64,000 bases of DNA from a virus, in IMG/VR virus record IMGVR_UViG_3300018476_000013, positions 14,301 through 78,300 of that record; one strand, 5' to 3'. The translations under genes were made by a program, and so were the position numbers. Positions 46,140 to 55,301 of the stretch are shown in pieces; positions within the stretch are counted from its first letter, which is position 1; each line of letters opens with the position of its first letter. The notes below the pieces were generated by a model. It was not told the DNA's origin, made no database searches, and was given only the letters and a program-made list of their open reading frames with translations.

Positions 46140-46341
46140 TTTGCAGATGCAGATCATTGTTCTTCGTGGCATGATTGAGTTGTCACAGCAGCCAGCACCA
46201 CAGCCTGGTCAGCAGCCAGTGCCTGGACAGCCGCCCCGCAATCCTGAACCACAGCCGGTGCCGGGTCAAGAACCCCTGCCGCCTCCGCCTCAGCCTAATC
46301 CGGCTCCCTCTCACAAGTCAGGTAACGGAAGGGCTGTCTGA
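46078..46341 (+). CDS. Pro/Gln-rich hypothetical protein
   Basis: Coiled-coil start followed by QPVPGQ repeats. Confidence 0.6.
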   Translation: MDQAQQLSQKVEKEVRQLIGDLQMQIIVLRGMIELSQQPAPQPGQQPVPGQPPRNPEPQPVPGQEPLPPPPQPNPAPSHKSGNGRAV

Positions 46342-46787
46342 TGGCGACAGTTACTGTCAGCGTTAACGCCACTCCCCGGATCTCGCGGGTGGAGATTATT
46401 TCTCCGTACTCGTCGGGTACGGTGAATGGTCACAGTGAAGTGCTGCTGGAAGAACCTGGCGATGGGTCCAATCCGGAATTGGCCAAGTTGCTGAGCACTC
46501 GCAGCGTCTCAAATAAAACCCTGGGCGTAATGCCCGGGGCTCTTATCGCTCGCGGCATCGATGTGGTGTTGGAAGAGTCAGTAGAGGTAGATGGCAAGAC
46601 CATCACCTTTCAGAATGTGATGGATGCCATGGAAGCATTCTTTACTCGGTGGCGAGAAGAAGATGCTAACGCAGTGATACCTGAACCAATGATAGCACCG
46701 GCAGCAATCACTCCGCCGCCGATGCCCGACCGTCCAGCCGAGATGGATGTCAATCCGCCGCCGGAGTTATCTCGACCTCGGGAATGA
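46341..46787 (+). CDS. hypothetical protein
   Basis: TGATG coupling. Confidence 0.65.
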   Translation: MATVTVSVNATPRISRVEIISPYSSGTVNGHSEVLLEEPGDGSNPELAKLLSTRSVSNKTLGVMPGALIARGIDVVLEESVEVDGKTITFQNVMDAMEAFFTRWREEDANAVIPEPMIAPAAITPPPMPDRPAEMDVNPPPELSRPRE

Positions 46788-46797
46788 GGATGTGAGT

Positions 46798-47079
46798 ATG
46801 GTCGAGACAGCCAAGTCATGGATAAAAGAAAACAGCACGCTCGTGTATTTTCTAATCGCTCAATTGATTGCGATTGGCGCAGCGGCTGCGAGCATTCTTT
46901 CGTATTCAGTGAGGTTGGAAACTCGAGTCCATATCTTGGAGACGCGTGGTGCTGCGTACAGCGTGAAACGCATGGATGAGATGGATCATAAGATCGCGGT
47001 GCTGGAAGAAAAGATCGCGAATAACGAATTATCCATCAGGCGCGTCGTTGACCAATACCTTAAAGATCAAAGGAAATAG
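46798..47079 (+). CDS. single-TM coiled-coil membrane protein
   Basis: LVYFLIAQLIAIGAAAASILSY TM segment followed by coiled coil. Confidence 0.65.
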   Translation: MVETAKSWIKENSTLVYFLIAQLIAIGAAAASILSYSVRLETRVHILETRGAAYSVKRMDEMDHKIAVLEEKIANNELSIRRVVDQYLKDQRK

Positions 47080-47086
47080 GAGGGAC

Positions 47087-48268
47087 ATGGTGAGCAAAAC
47101 AGAATTCACCGAGATGGTGGCATTGGATGCTGCTGCCAAGGTACGCGAGACCTCGGATGGTTACCTGGTTTGCAGTCCGCGGATTGCTCGCACGGGCATT
47201 CAAGTCTATCAGGGATTTGAAGTCGGCCGTCCCGAATTGAAAGATGTTCGGGTTTACCGGCCCGATACCGAGGTCTTCCACGCTGATGCCGTGGCTTCAT
47301 TGGCTCATAAACCAGTGACCAATGAGCACCCAGCCGTGCCGGTCAACGCCAGCAACTGGCGAGATATTTCTGTCGGCCACCTCGGAGGAGAGGTGTTGCG
47401 CGATGGTGAATTCGTTCGCGTGCCGCTTGTACTTATGGATGCAGAAGCCATCAAGGAGGTTCGTGACGGCAAGACTCAACTGTCCGTTGGTTATTCGGCC
47501 ACATTGCAATGGGGCGACGGAACCACACCGGCAGGGGAAAAGTACGACGCAATCCAATCTGAGATCCGTGCCAACCATGTTGCCATTACCCGTGCAGCGC
47601 GTGGTGGTCCCAAGTTGCGCATGGGTGATAGATCCAAACCAAAGGAGAGAACGATGGCTACTCGTAGTTTTGTTATCGATGGCATCACCGTCGAAATGGA
47701 AGAGCGTGACATGCAAGTGGTCGAGCGCCATGTGCAGAAGTTGGAGACCGACCTTGACGCAGCCCGGGCAGAAGTTGCAACCATCCGGACTGCTGCCCAG
47801 GCTGATCTTGCCAAGGCCCAGACCGAGACAGCCAATGGTGCTGCCGTGGTTCAGACCAAGGACGCAGAAATTGCCACACTGAAAACTCAGTTGGCAGACT
47901 CCAAGCTCACTCCGCAGCAGCTCGACAAGCTGGTGTCGGATCGCGTGGCCACAGTATCTCGGGCCAAGTCCATCCTCGGCGATGCTGTCATCGTTGATGG
48001 CAAGACCGAAGCTGACATTCGGCGCCAGGTCGTTGCATCCAAGCTCGGCGATACCGCCAAGGATTGGACGGACGAAATGGTAACGGCTTCTTTCAACACG
48101 CTCACTGCCACATCCGTCCTCGCAGACAGCAACAATACGCGGGACCTCACTGGCATCCTGGCGACCAACCATCAAAGTGGTGACCCCCTGACCAAAGCTT
48201 ACGTCGAATACAATGAGGGGATCAGCAACCGGTGGAAGACCGCTGGCAATCACAACGCGAAGCAGTAA
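47087..48268 (+). CDS. prohead protease/scaffold (DUF2213-type)
   Basis: DGYL..IARTGIQVY, VYRP, PVTNEHP, LSVGY, NHVAI..ARGG; coiled-coil C-terminus. Confidence 0.9.
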   Translation: MVSKTEFTEMVALDAAAKVRETSDGYLVCSPRIARTGIQVYQGFEVGRPELKDVRVYRPDTEVFHADAVASLAHKPVTNEHPAVPVNASNWRDISVGHLGGEVLRDGEFVRVPLVLMDAEAIKEVRDGKTQLSVGYSATLQWGDGTTPAGEKYDAIQSEIRANHVAITRAARGGPKLRMGDRSKPKERTMATRSFVIDGITVEMEERDMQVVERHVQKLETDLDAARAEVATIRTAAQADLAKAQTETANGAAVVQTKDAEIATLKTQLADSKLTPQQLDKLVSDRVATVSRAKSILGDAVIVDGKTEADIRRQVVASKLGDTAKDWTDEMVTASFNTLTATSVLADSNNTRDLTGILATNHQSGDPLTKAYVEYNEGISNRWKTAGNHNAKQ

Positions 48269-48312
48269 TCTGCAAGCGAGCAATTCGTTTTCCTCAATAG
48301 GAGTTTACGACA

Positions 48313-48894
48313 ATGGCAGACCAGAAAGAAGACGTCCGTCGCGATGAGAAGCACGAGGAGCCCGCCAAGACCAAGGGCGAACTCGTTGCTCGCAACGCGC
48401 AACAGCTGCATGAGATTTCGCAGCATAGTGTACCGCAAGCTACGTTCCCCGAGCAGATGCGTCAGGGTCTCCCTGGCATGATCAACCGCATGGTGGACTA
48501 CAATGCGGTGTCGCGCTCAGTGGAAGGTGCAACGCCGATTGCAGCACCCCGTGCTGTGTCGCAGTCGACGGCATCCGACATTGGTGCTTTGCTTGGTGGT
48601 TCACTGACTGGTTTCGTGGGTATCACCATCCTCGATCCGACGCTTGTGAACTTTGTCGGTTCAACTGTGCCAGCAGATGCTTATGCTCAGTATGTCACTT
48701 GTGGCGTACTGACCAAAGGCGAAATCTTCGCCACTGCAACGGTGCCGACGGTCGCCGGCGATCCGGTGCACTTCGGCGCCACGGATGGCATCCTCACCAA
48801 CACCGGTGGCATCGGTCCGGTACCTGGCGCGCGTTGGAAGCACACGCGTCCGGCCAATGAACTCAACGTCGTTCAACTCGGTATCCAGCGTTAA
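48313..48894 (+). CDS. capsid decoration/cement protein
   Basis: Lies between protease and MCP; GEIF..VAGDPVHF..GARW. Confidence 0.75.
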   Translation: MADQKEDVRRDEKHEEPAKTKGELVARNAQQLHEISQHSVPQATFPEQMRQGLPGMINRMVDYNAVSRSVEGATPIAAPRAVSQSTASDIGALLGGSLTGFVGITILDPTLVNFVGSTVPADAYAQYVTCGVLTKGEIFATATVPTVAGDPVHFGATDGILTNTGGIGPVPGARWKHTRPANELNVVQLGIQR

Positions 48895-48942
48895 GCGCGT
48901 CTTGGCGTTTTCGGAAACCATCAACCTGTCAAGGAGACAGAG

Positions 48943-49899
48943 ATGAGCTACCATATGTTCGGGAAAGACGCGCAGCAAGTCGCGTATAACTATGTGGTCA
49001 ATCAGACCACAGCCATCGAGACCCAGGTGGTTAAGATGCAATATCCGGATGTTCAGTATCCGGACCTCGTTCCAGTGGACACTGCCACTGGTAATGAGTG
49101 GGTGAAGTCCATCACTTACTTCAGCGCCGACATGATGGGTCGGGCGGATTGGTTTCACCACACGGCACTCGATGTGCCGCTGGCTGAACTGAGCCGCGAG
49201 AAATTCGAGCGTGGCATGGAGATGGCCGCGATCGGATATCGTTGGACCTTGGAAGAAGTGGCGCAGGCCCAGAATACTCCTGGCCTCAACCTTACTGCTG
49301 ACAAGGCCGTGGCTTGCCGGCGGGCTTATGAAGAGTTCGTCGACAACATCGCGCTCCGTGGATCGGTGCCGAAGAACATGCAGGGGCTTATCAACTCGTC
49401 GCTGGTTACCGCGACGACTGCCCCGGCAGATGGTGCTGGTGGTCTCACCACCTTTGCCAGCAAGACCAACCAGCAGGTGATCCGCGATATCAACTCAGCC
49501 ATGATGGGCATCGCGACTGGCACTAACTGGCTTTACTACGCCGACACCATTCTGCTTCCTCCGTCAGTTCTGGTTGGCATGGCCGGCCGGATCATCGAAT
49601 ATTCGTCGATGACCCTGCTGGACTGGATCAAGCAGTACAATGTGCTGACGGTTCAGACCGGACGGCCGATCACGCTCGCGGGCGTGCGCGGGCTCGAGAC
49701 CGCGGGTTCGGGTGGTATCAGCCGGATGGTGGCTTACCGCCGTGATCCGCAGGTGCTCAAGATGTGGATACCGATGCCGCATCGCTTCCTGCCAGTTTGG
49801 CAGCGTGGTCCCTTGGTGTTCGACGTGCCCGGTATCTTCCGGCTCGGCGGCATCGAGATCCGGATGCCTGCCGCAATGCGTTATCTTGACGGCATCTAA
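48943..49899 (+). CDS. major capsid protein (DUF2184-type)
   Basis: IGYRWTLEE, GLIN, DTILLPP, RMVAY, GGIEIRMP.A..Y.DGI. Confidence 0.92.
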   Translation: MSYHMFGKDAQQVAYNYVVNQTTAIETQVVKMQYPDVQYPDLVPVDTATGNEWVKSITYFSADMMGRADWFHHTALDVPLAELSREKFERGMEMAAIGYRWTLEEVAQAQNTPGLNLTADKAVACRRAYEEFVDNIALRGSVPKNMQGLINSSLVTATTAPADGAGGLTTFASKTNQQVIRDINSAMMGIATGTNWLYYADTILLPPSVLVGMAGRIIEYSSMTLLDWIKQYNVLTVQTGRPITLAGVRGLETAGSGGISRMVAYRRDPQVLKMWIPMPHRFLPVWQRGPLVFDVPGIFRLGGIEIRMPAAMRYLDGI

Positions 49900-49900
49900 A

Positions 49901-50152
49901 ATGCGGTACGCCAGGCGTATTGATGGTTTTCTTGAACACGAAGCTCTTGCGGCACTCGATTATTGCCGCAGGAACATTCGTTGTTGCTGGACATATTTGA
50001 ACTTGGATAGAGAACGAAATCCAAATCCAGCAACTCATGAATACAGCATTTGGAAATTACAAGACGCCCGCAAAGATTTGCGGCGTATGATCAAGATCGT
50101 TCGGGCCTTCAAAGAACCACATCTCAAATTAGTAGGAGACAAGAATGGCTAA
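49901..50152 (+). CDS. hypothetical protein
   Basis: ORF filling the gap after the MCP gene. Confidence 0.45.
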   Translation: MRYARRIDGFLEHEALAALDYCRRNIRCCWTYLNLDRERNPNPATHEYSIWKLQDARKDLRRMIKIVRAFKEPHLKLVGDKNG

Positions 50153-50504
50153 GGTAAAGAATACGGGTGGACAGCCCCGCGGCTTCTTCACTGAGGACGG
50201 CGGTCATGTGACTGTCGCTCCGGGTGAAGAGAAAGAGTTCAACATGACTGAAGCAGATTTCAAGAACCTGCAGCAGTCGCTGGAGAACATGGATGACCCC
50301 AAGCCCTATGAATTGAGCGGCAGTCATGGGGGTGTCAAAGCGGACAAGAAAAAGAAAGGCGAAGACGAAGTGGAAATGCCGGCCCAATCCTCTGAGCCGC
50401 CGGTACCGACCGCCTCGCCGGTAGTGACCCCCACGCCGACAACCCCGAAGACCGCTCCGAAGAAGCCTGATGAGCCGGCGCCGGCACCGCAACGGGGCAG
50501 GTGA
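50145..50504 (+). CDS. hypothetical head-associated protein
   Basis: RBS AGGAG; Pro/Thr-rich tail. Confidence 0.7.
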   Translation: MAKVKNTGGQPRGFFTEDGGHVTVAPGEEKEFNMTEADFKNLQQSLENMDDPKPYELSGSHGGVKADKKKKGEDEVEMPAQSSEPPVPTASPVVTPTPTTPKTAPKKPDEPAPAPQRGR

Positions 50505-50989
50505 TCCCCATGCCAGGGAAGTCACTCGCTCCAACAATGCCGCCGACCGTTGCCGAATTCCGGGAGGCCTTTCCGGAATTCGCTTCGGCGACGGATGGCC
50601 AGATCCAGATGGCCCTTGACACGGGCATGGTCTGGATTGATAGCTGGTGGTTCTGGCCCGACGCCAAGATGTCCGTGATGTACGCCGCCGCTCACTACTT
50701 GTATCTGCATGACAAGGCGAGCGGCGGCATGATCACAGGGGGTGGTGGATCTGGTGGCGGTACGCCACCAGTCATTGATAGTGAAGCTGGTTTGATCTGG
50801 GTCAAGTCAGTCCGCTTTCGGGATCGACAGGTTTCTTACGAAAGAGTCTCTGGTGCGTCCAGTGGTGAAAGCTCCAGCGGCGGAGAAAAGGTCACAACGT
50901 CATCCGAGGATTTCTGGAATTCTTCACCTTACGGCAAGTTGTATCTTTCATTCCAGCGGCGCAACGTCCCACACATTGCGGTGATCTAA
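50501..50989 (+). CDS. head-tail adaptor (DUF4054-type)
   Basis: FREAFPEF, AAHYL, WNSSPYGKLY. Confidence 0.85.
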   Translation: MIPMPGKSLAPTMPPTVAEFREAFPEFASATDGQIQMALDTGMVWIDSWWFWPDAKMSVMYAAAHYLYLHDKASGGMITGGGGSGGGTPPVIDSEAGLIWVKSVRFRDRQVSYERVSGASSGESSSGGEKVTTSSEDFWNSSPYGKLYLSFQRRNVPHIAVI

Positions 50990-51001
50990 GGCGGTAGCAA
51001 A

Positions 51002-51385
51002 ATGGAATATTCCCTCCCAGTAGAACGGGCGCGCATGACGGTGGTGATGCAAGCCATCGATGGTGGCAATGGTCCTGGATGCATCCAGCTCCGCAATGCT
51101 GAACGAGTTATCCTGGCGACGTTGCTGTTGACCAAGCCCTCGTTTTATCTAGTTGGTCCTGATCTGCAATTGTGTGCGCCGACCACGACGTTCATTGACA
51201 TCACTGGCACGGCGGCCATCGGCACTATCTGCGATGGCAGTGGCAACATCGTCATCGATGAAATGTCTGTTGGTATCGATGTCACTGAAGACGGCATCCA
51301 TGATTTCGAGATCGTCCTGGATACTGTCATGCTAGAAGTCGGCAAGCAGATCACGATCGTCAATGCAACCATTCAGCATGGATAA
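51002..51385 (+). CDS. small virion structural protein
   Basis: Paralog of 32419-32796. Confidence 0.7.
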   Translation: MEYSLPVERARMTVVMQAIDGGNGPGCIQLRNAERVILATLLLTKPSFYLVGPDLQLCAPTTTFIDITGTAAIGTICDGSGNIVIDEMSVGIDVTEDGIHDFEIVLDTVMLEVGKQITIVNATIQHG

Positions 51386-51388
51386 GCC

Positions 51389-51778
51389 ATGGCCATTGTC
51401 ATTGATACCAAGCCAATCGACTTACGGTGTGATGCCGTGTTCGGTGAACAAGTGGTTCTGAAGCCGATGAAGTCTGTCGGCACAGGTTACCGAGAAAGTG
51501 CTGTCGATAATTCCAGGCCGGTGACATTGGCTGTCGGCATCTATGATCAGACCCGAGGGGCTGTCCAGGAAACTGGTGGCGGGTTCAATCATCGGCAGGC
51601 GACTGTTGCCACGACACTATCCATTCGCTATGAACCTCTTGAGCAATGTGGATTGCGTAAAGGGGATTATGTGACATTCCCTGAACGGGATGAGACCTAT
51701 GAGGTCAGCCATATTCACGCTGAGCCGGGTGGCCGTCCCGATGTTCATTTACTAAGGGTTCTAGATGACGATGAATAA
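51389..51778 (+). CDS. head-tail joining/closure protein
   Basis: FGEQV..RKGDYV..YEV pattern; position in neck module. Confidence 0.65.
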   Translation: MAIVIDTKPIDLRCDAVFGEQVVLKPMKSVGTGYRESAVDNSRPVTLAVGIYDQTRGAVQETGGGFNHRQATVATTLSIRYEPLEQCGLRKGDYVTFPERDETYEVSHIHAEPGGRPDVHLLRVLDDDE

Positions 51779-52022
51779 TCCTTCGACGATGAGAGAAGCC
51801 ATGAATGTTCTGGCTGACTCTCTTGATCAACTTTTGAATGGCACTAGTTCAGACCAACCCCGCAAGAGCGGTTTCGTTTTGCTGCTGTTTCCATTCGACG
51901 ACAAGAGTGGCCTCTGCAATTATGTTTCCAATGGTGCCGACCGTCAGCACATTGTGAGGATGTTCAAGAAACAAATTGAGTTGTTTGAACAGCAGTTCGA
52001 ACAGAATGGTAAGGACGCATGA
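51765..52022 (+). CDS. hypothetical protein
   Basis: GFVLLLFPF..CNYVSNGADR. Confidence 0.65.
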   Translation: MTMNNPSTMREAMNVLADSLDQLLNGTSSDQPRKSGFVLLLFPFDDKSGLCNYVSNGADRQHIVRMFKKQIELFEQQFEQNGKDA

Positions 52023-52951
52023 GCATCATTCGCATGTTGACCCGACTGACTGCGGTGGCAGCGCTGCGCGGGAACACCTGGGCGGATGATAGAGTTTTTG
52101 ACTCGGACAATACACCACTGGCGCAGGTGCTGACAGCGGGCACGGCCAAGCCTTACATCGTTGTCTATACCGATGCTGACAATCGTCTTGAGTTCAGCGG
52201 CATGGAGCTTTATGGTACTCGCCGGGAATTGAACCTCGTCCTCGAAATTGGTGTGGCTTCCAAAGTAGAAGGCGAAACGGGTGGCACACAAATCCAGACA
52301 CCCCGGACTGATGAGGGCATGGAGCTGGCTCTTGACATGGTGGAGAACCAAGCCCTCGCTGTTTTATTTGGTGATCCGCAAAATGACTGGACTGAATTAT
52401 TCAAGAGCTTTGTGATCCGTGTCGACCGCATTAGTGGTCAACGTGGAGCATCTTCAGAACGAGACCGGCGATGGGCTGCGCGGCAACTTGGAATTCTCTG
52501 CGATATCGTTTCCGACATTCCGCCTGGAGTGCCAGTGCCCGTGGGTCACCCGATCCGGGAGTTCATCACAACGGCTGAGAATAACCCAGAGGCTAACATG
52601 GAGCATGTCGGAGCTATCTGCGCGGCGTTGGTCAATGAAGAGACAGCGCCGGACTGGGAGCGGGTGCAAGCCACACTTGGTCTGCGCAGATTGGGACTTC
52701 GTGCCATTGGACTTGCCCCGCTCGCCTCCGACTTTACGATCATGGCTGCCGTGGGTGGTGATGACCTGACTGACAAGCAGGGTGAGGCGCCAATTCTACG
52801 AAAGATTTCTGCTGATGATGTCCAAATGGAGCATGACCCAGAGCACGGATTGGTAGATGATATCGTTGTCGAAACCAACGTGGCCACGGCCAAGGTCAAA
52901 GAACCCAAAGACAAGATAAGTTCAGAGGGCAATGTCAGCAGTAACGATTAA
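52019..52951 (+). CDS. tail completion/terminator protein (putative)
   Basis: RVFDS, PYIVVYTD; position in neck module. Confidence 0.65.
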   Translation: MSIIRMLTRLTAVAALRGNTWADDRVFDSDNTPLAQVLTAGTAKPYIVVYTDADNRLEFSGMELYGTRRELNLVLEIGVASKVEGETGGTQIQTPRTDEGMELALDMVENQALAVLFGDPQNDWTELFKSFVIRVDRISGQRGASSERDRRWAARQLGILCDIVSDIPPGVPVPVGHPIREFITTAENNPEANMEHVGAICAALVNEETAPDWERVQATLGLRRLGLRAIGLAPLASDFTIMAAVGGDDLTDKQGEAPILRKISADDVQMEHDPEHGLVDDIVVETNVATAKVKEPKDKISSEGNVSSND

Positions 52952-53564
52952 AGTCGATACATCAGAAGTGCTGGAGTTGGGCCGGCGAGTGGCAGCGATA
53001 CAAAGAGTCACAACTGCGGGGGTTGCTATCGGTCTCAACGAAGTTGGTGATGGCCTAGTCTCTGTCCTGGCCACGAACATTTCTAAAGATACTGGCCTGG
53101 AGATCGAACAGGTCCGAGGACTGATGAAAGTCCGGCGGGCATCCAGGACTAATCTGAATTACGAAGTGGAAATCGATCCGCGTTTATCTGGTGACGTCTC
53201 TGAACTGGAGGGCCGTCGAGAGTCCAAGGATTTTGGTAAGAGGAAGCCCGGTTCACTGGTCATCATTGTCTCTAAAAAAGATGAGTTGGTCTGCATGGAT
53301 TGTGAAGAACTAGCAGCCGCAGGTCCGATGCCAATCGAAACGGCGATGGAGCATATTCCTAAACACCCCCACTGCCGTTGCGTCATCATGCCGTATGTCC
53401 AGAAAGGTAAACGCCTGCCTGTGACTATGACATCGACCACGGGCACCAGCGCGCGGGCGCGCATGGGTCAGTCATCAATACCTGAAGAGCGACAGACCAT
53501 TCGGCAACTGGCCCAAAAGATTTTGGACCGTAGCCATAGCGATATCAAGATCCAACTGAGGTGA
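52932..53564 (+). CDS. gpZ-like minor tail protein fused to a MuF-type Cys/His motif
   Basis: N-terminal GLNEVG..TGL..VR; C-terminal VCMDC..IPKHPHCRC. Confidence 0.6.
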   Translation: MSAVTIKVDTSEVLELGRRVAAIQRVTTAGVAIGLNEVGDGLVSVLATNISKDTGLEIEQVRGLMKVRRASRTNLNYEVEIDPRLSGDVSELEGRRESKDFGKRKPGSLVIIVSKKDELVCMDCEELAAAGPMPIETAMEHIPKHPHCRCVIMPYVQKGKRLPVTMTSTTGTSARARMGQSSIPEERQTIRQLAQKILDRSHSDIKIQLR

Positions 53565-53568
53565 TCCC

Positions 53569-54258
53569 ATGAGCGAGGATTATCAAAGGCTGATACGGCA
53601 AATGTCGGAATTGAAACGGCAGGTGTCGAATATGTTTCAGACCGGCACTGTTAAGGAAGTCAAGAAAGACAAGATGCGGATGGTCATTGGCAAGGACAGC
53701 GATGGCGAAGAAATCCTGTCCCCCTGGCTGAACACTGCCAACCACCGCGGCGGCGCCACTGAGGCTAAGTTCTACAAGAAGGGGCAGACACTTTCTATGC
53801 TTTGTCCCAATGGCGATATTCGCCAGGGCATGATTGCTCCATTCGCACCCAACAAAGATTTCAAGCGGCCTGAACATGCTGACGACTCTGGTCAGGATGA
53901 AGAGACTTATCAGCAAGATGACTATCGGGGCAAGGTCACCAAAGAAGGCCACGACCAATGGCTGCAACCTGATGAAAGCAAGAAAGAGGGCGGTCAGGGC
54001 GGCGGTCAGGGTGGTCAGGGTGGTCAGGGTGAAAAGAAGAAAGGTCACAGTGGCGGCGATAAAGCTGTGATGAAATCTAGGATGAACAAAGACGGCGGCA
54101 TCACCCATCGTGTCGGCAAAGACTCTCGTGTCGCCGCTGCAAAGGATGGCGCCAAAATTCGGATGGGCAGTGATTGGGTAGTGGTCACCAAAGGCAAGAT
54201 CATTTTTTCACAGCCACCGATCCTCGGGAAAGACCCGATCAAGAACGACGACAAGTGA
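53569..54258 (+). CDS. baseplate assembly protein V (spike)
   Basis: GTVKEV, LSPWL, GQTLSMLCPNGD; GGQ repeat linker. Confidence 0.8.
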   Translation: MSEDYQRLIRQMSELKRQVSNMFQTGTVKEVKKDKMRMVIGKDSDGEEILSPWLNTANHRGGATEAKFYKKGQTLSMLCPNGDIRQGMIAPFAPNKDFKRPEHADDSGQDEETYQQDDYRGKVTKEGHDQWLQPDESKKEGGQGGGQGGQGGQGEKKKGHSGGDKAVMKSRMNKDGGITHRVGKDSRVAAAKDGAKIRMGSDWVVVTKGKIIFSQPPILGKDPIKNDDK

Positions 54259-54287
54259 TTTGATACCAACTGCAACAGGAGAGCCAT

Positions 54288-54743
54288 ATGGTAGAACCGA
54301 CGATGATGGTTAAGCAGCCTCGCATTCTGCAAAAGTTCTATATCTATGATCCCAATGTTCCTGATACCTTCGGCGGTCTGCGGGTGCTGAGTGATCGGGA
54401 CGACAAGGGCGTGGATAAAGAGAATACCAAGCATGTTCTCGCCGTTCCCCAGCAGGTTCAGTACTGGGTGGATCAGGGCTTGGCTGGTGAAAAGCCGGTT
54501 GGTCAGATCAGCGCAAGCCACAAGAAATTGCTGGCGCAGCTTACTCGTGGTCGTAGCGAGGACAATGACAAGACCCCGCCGCGCATTCCGAAATACAGCA
54601 AGGCATTCCAGTCAGGTGCTTTGACTTTTGCTGGTCAGCCCGCGGCAGTTCGCCGTAGCAAGAAGCAGAAGGAGCGGGACAAGCAGAAGAACAACAAGAA
54701 CCCCAAGCCGCCCAAGTCGCCCACTCCACCGGCGGCAGCGTAG
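54288..54743 (+). CDS. hypothetical baseplate-region protein
   Basis: RBS AGGAG. Confidence 0.65.
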   Translation: MVEPTMMVKQPRILQKFYIYDPNVPDTFGGLRVLSDRDDKGVDKENTKHVLAVPQQVQYWVDQGLAGEKPVGQISASHKKLLAQLTRGRSEDNDKTPPRIPKYSKAFQSGALTFAGQPAAVRRSKKQKERDKQKNNKNPKPPKSPTPPAAA

Positions 54744-54746
54744 GGC

Positions 54747-55301
54747 ATGTCGGGTTATCTTTATGATCCCACACTAGACATGTGGCCGGATTTGAAAAAC
54801 GGCCACATCGTTCTTAGCCCTGTGCGGATTGGCATGGATCGTTTCACCGGAAAAATGCTGACCGGTTGGGATCATGTCATTCAATCCATGCTGCTGATCT
54901 TCTCGACGCGGTATCATGAACGGGTGCTGCGTCGATGGTGTGGTTCGTTTGTACCGCACATGCTCGGTGAGAATGGCAACGAGACGACCATCACTCGGTT
55001 CTATTGGGCCATTGCCACGGGGATTGATCTTTGGGAGCCGAACTATCGCATTCAGCGGGTTCGTGTTGGTCTCCGTGATGATGGCTCTGTGCTGACATCA
55101 CCAGAAGAACTTCGCACAGGTCATCTGTCCACTAGCACGGATGGGGTCTATCGGCCGCGTGCCCATCTTGGTGATAGCAATCCGGAGTCTAAACGGACAG
55201 TCGGATTGATCAGTCGTGGCTACAATATTTGGGAGCGCCGGCAAGGTCCCATCGCAGGGGCTCCTGCTGGTAGCGTGGGCGTGACACCAGGATATCGATG
55301 A
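54747..55301 (+). CDS. baseplate wedge protein W / gp25-like
   Basis: GMDRFTGK..HVIQS..ERVLRRWCGS..WEP. Confidence 0.88.
   Translation: MSGYLYDPTLDMWPDLKNGHIVLSPVRIGMDRFTGKMLTGWDHVIQSMLLIFSTRYHERVLRRWCGSFVPHMLGENGNETTITRFYWAIATGIDLWEPNYRIQRVRVGLRDDGSVLTSPEELRTGHLSTSTDGVYRPRAHLGDSNPESKRTVGLISRGYNIWERRQGPIAGAPAGSVGVTPGYR

Noticed and set aside
46798-47079. Holin call
   Set aside because: One TM helix only and no adjacent endolysin or spanin genes
50989-51001. GGCGGTAG ops-like sequence for the NusG paralog
   Set aside because: Lacks the downstream TG of the RfaH ops consensus, lies mid-operon, and an 8-mer match can occur by chance in 64 kb
53989-54030. GGTCAGGG(C/T) tandem repeat
   Set aside because: Encodes a simple GGQ linker in baseplate protein V
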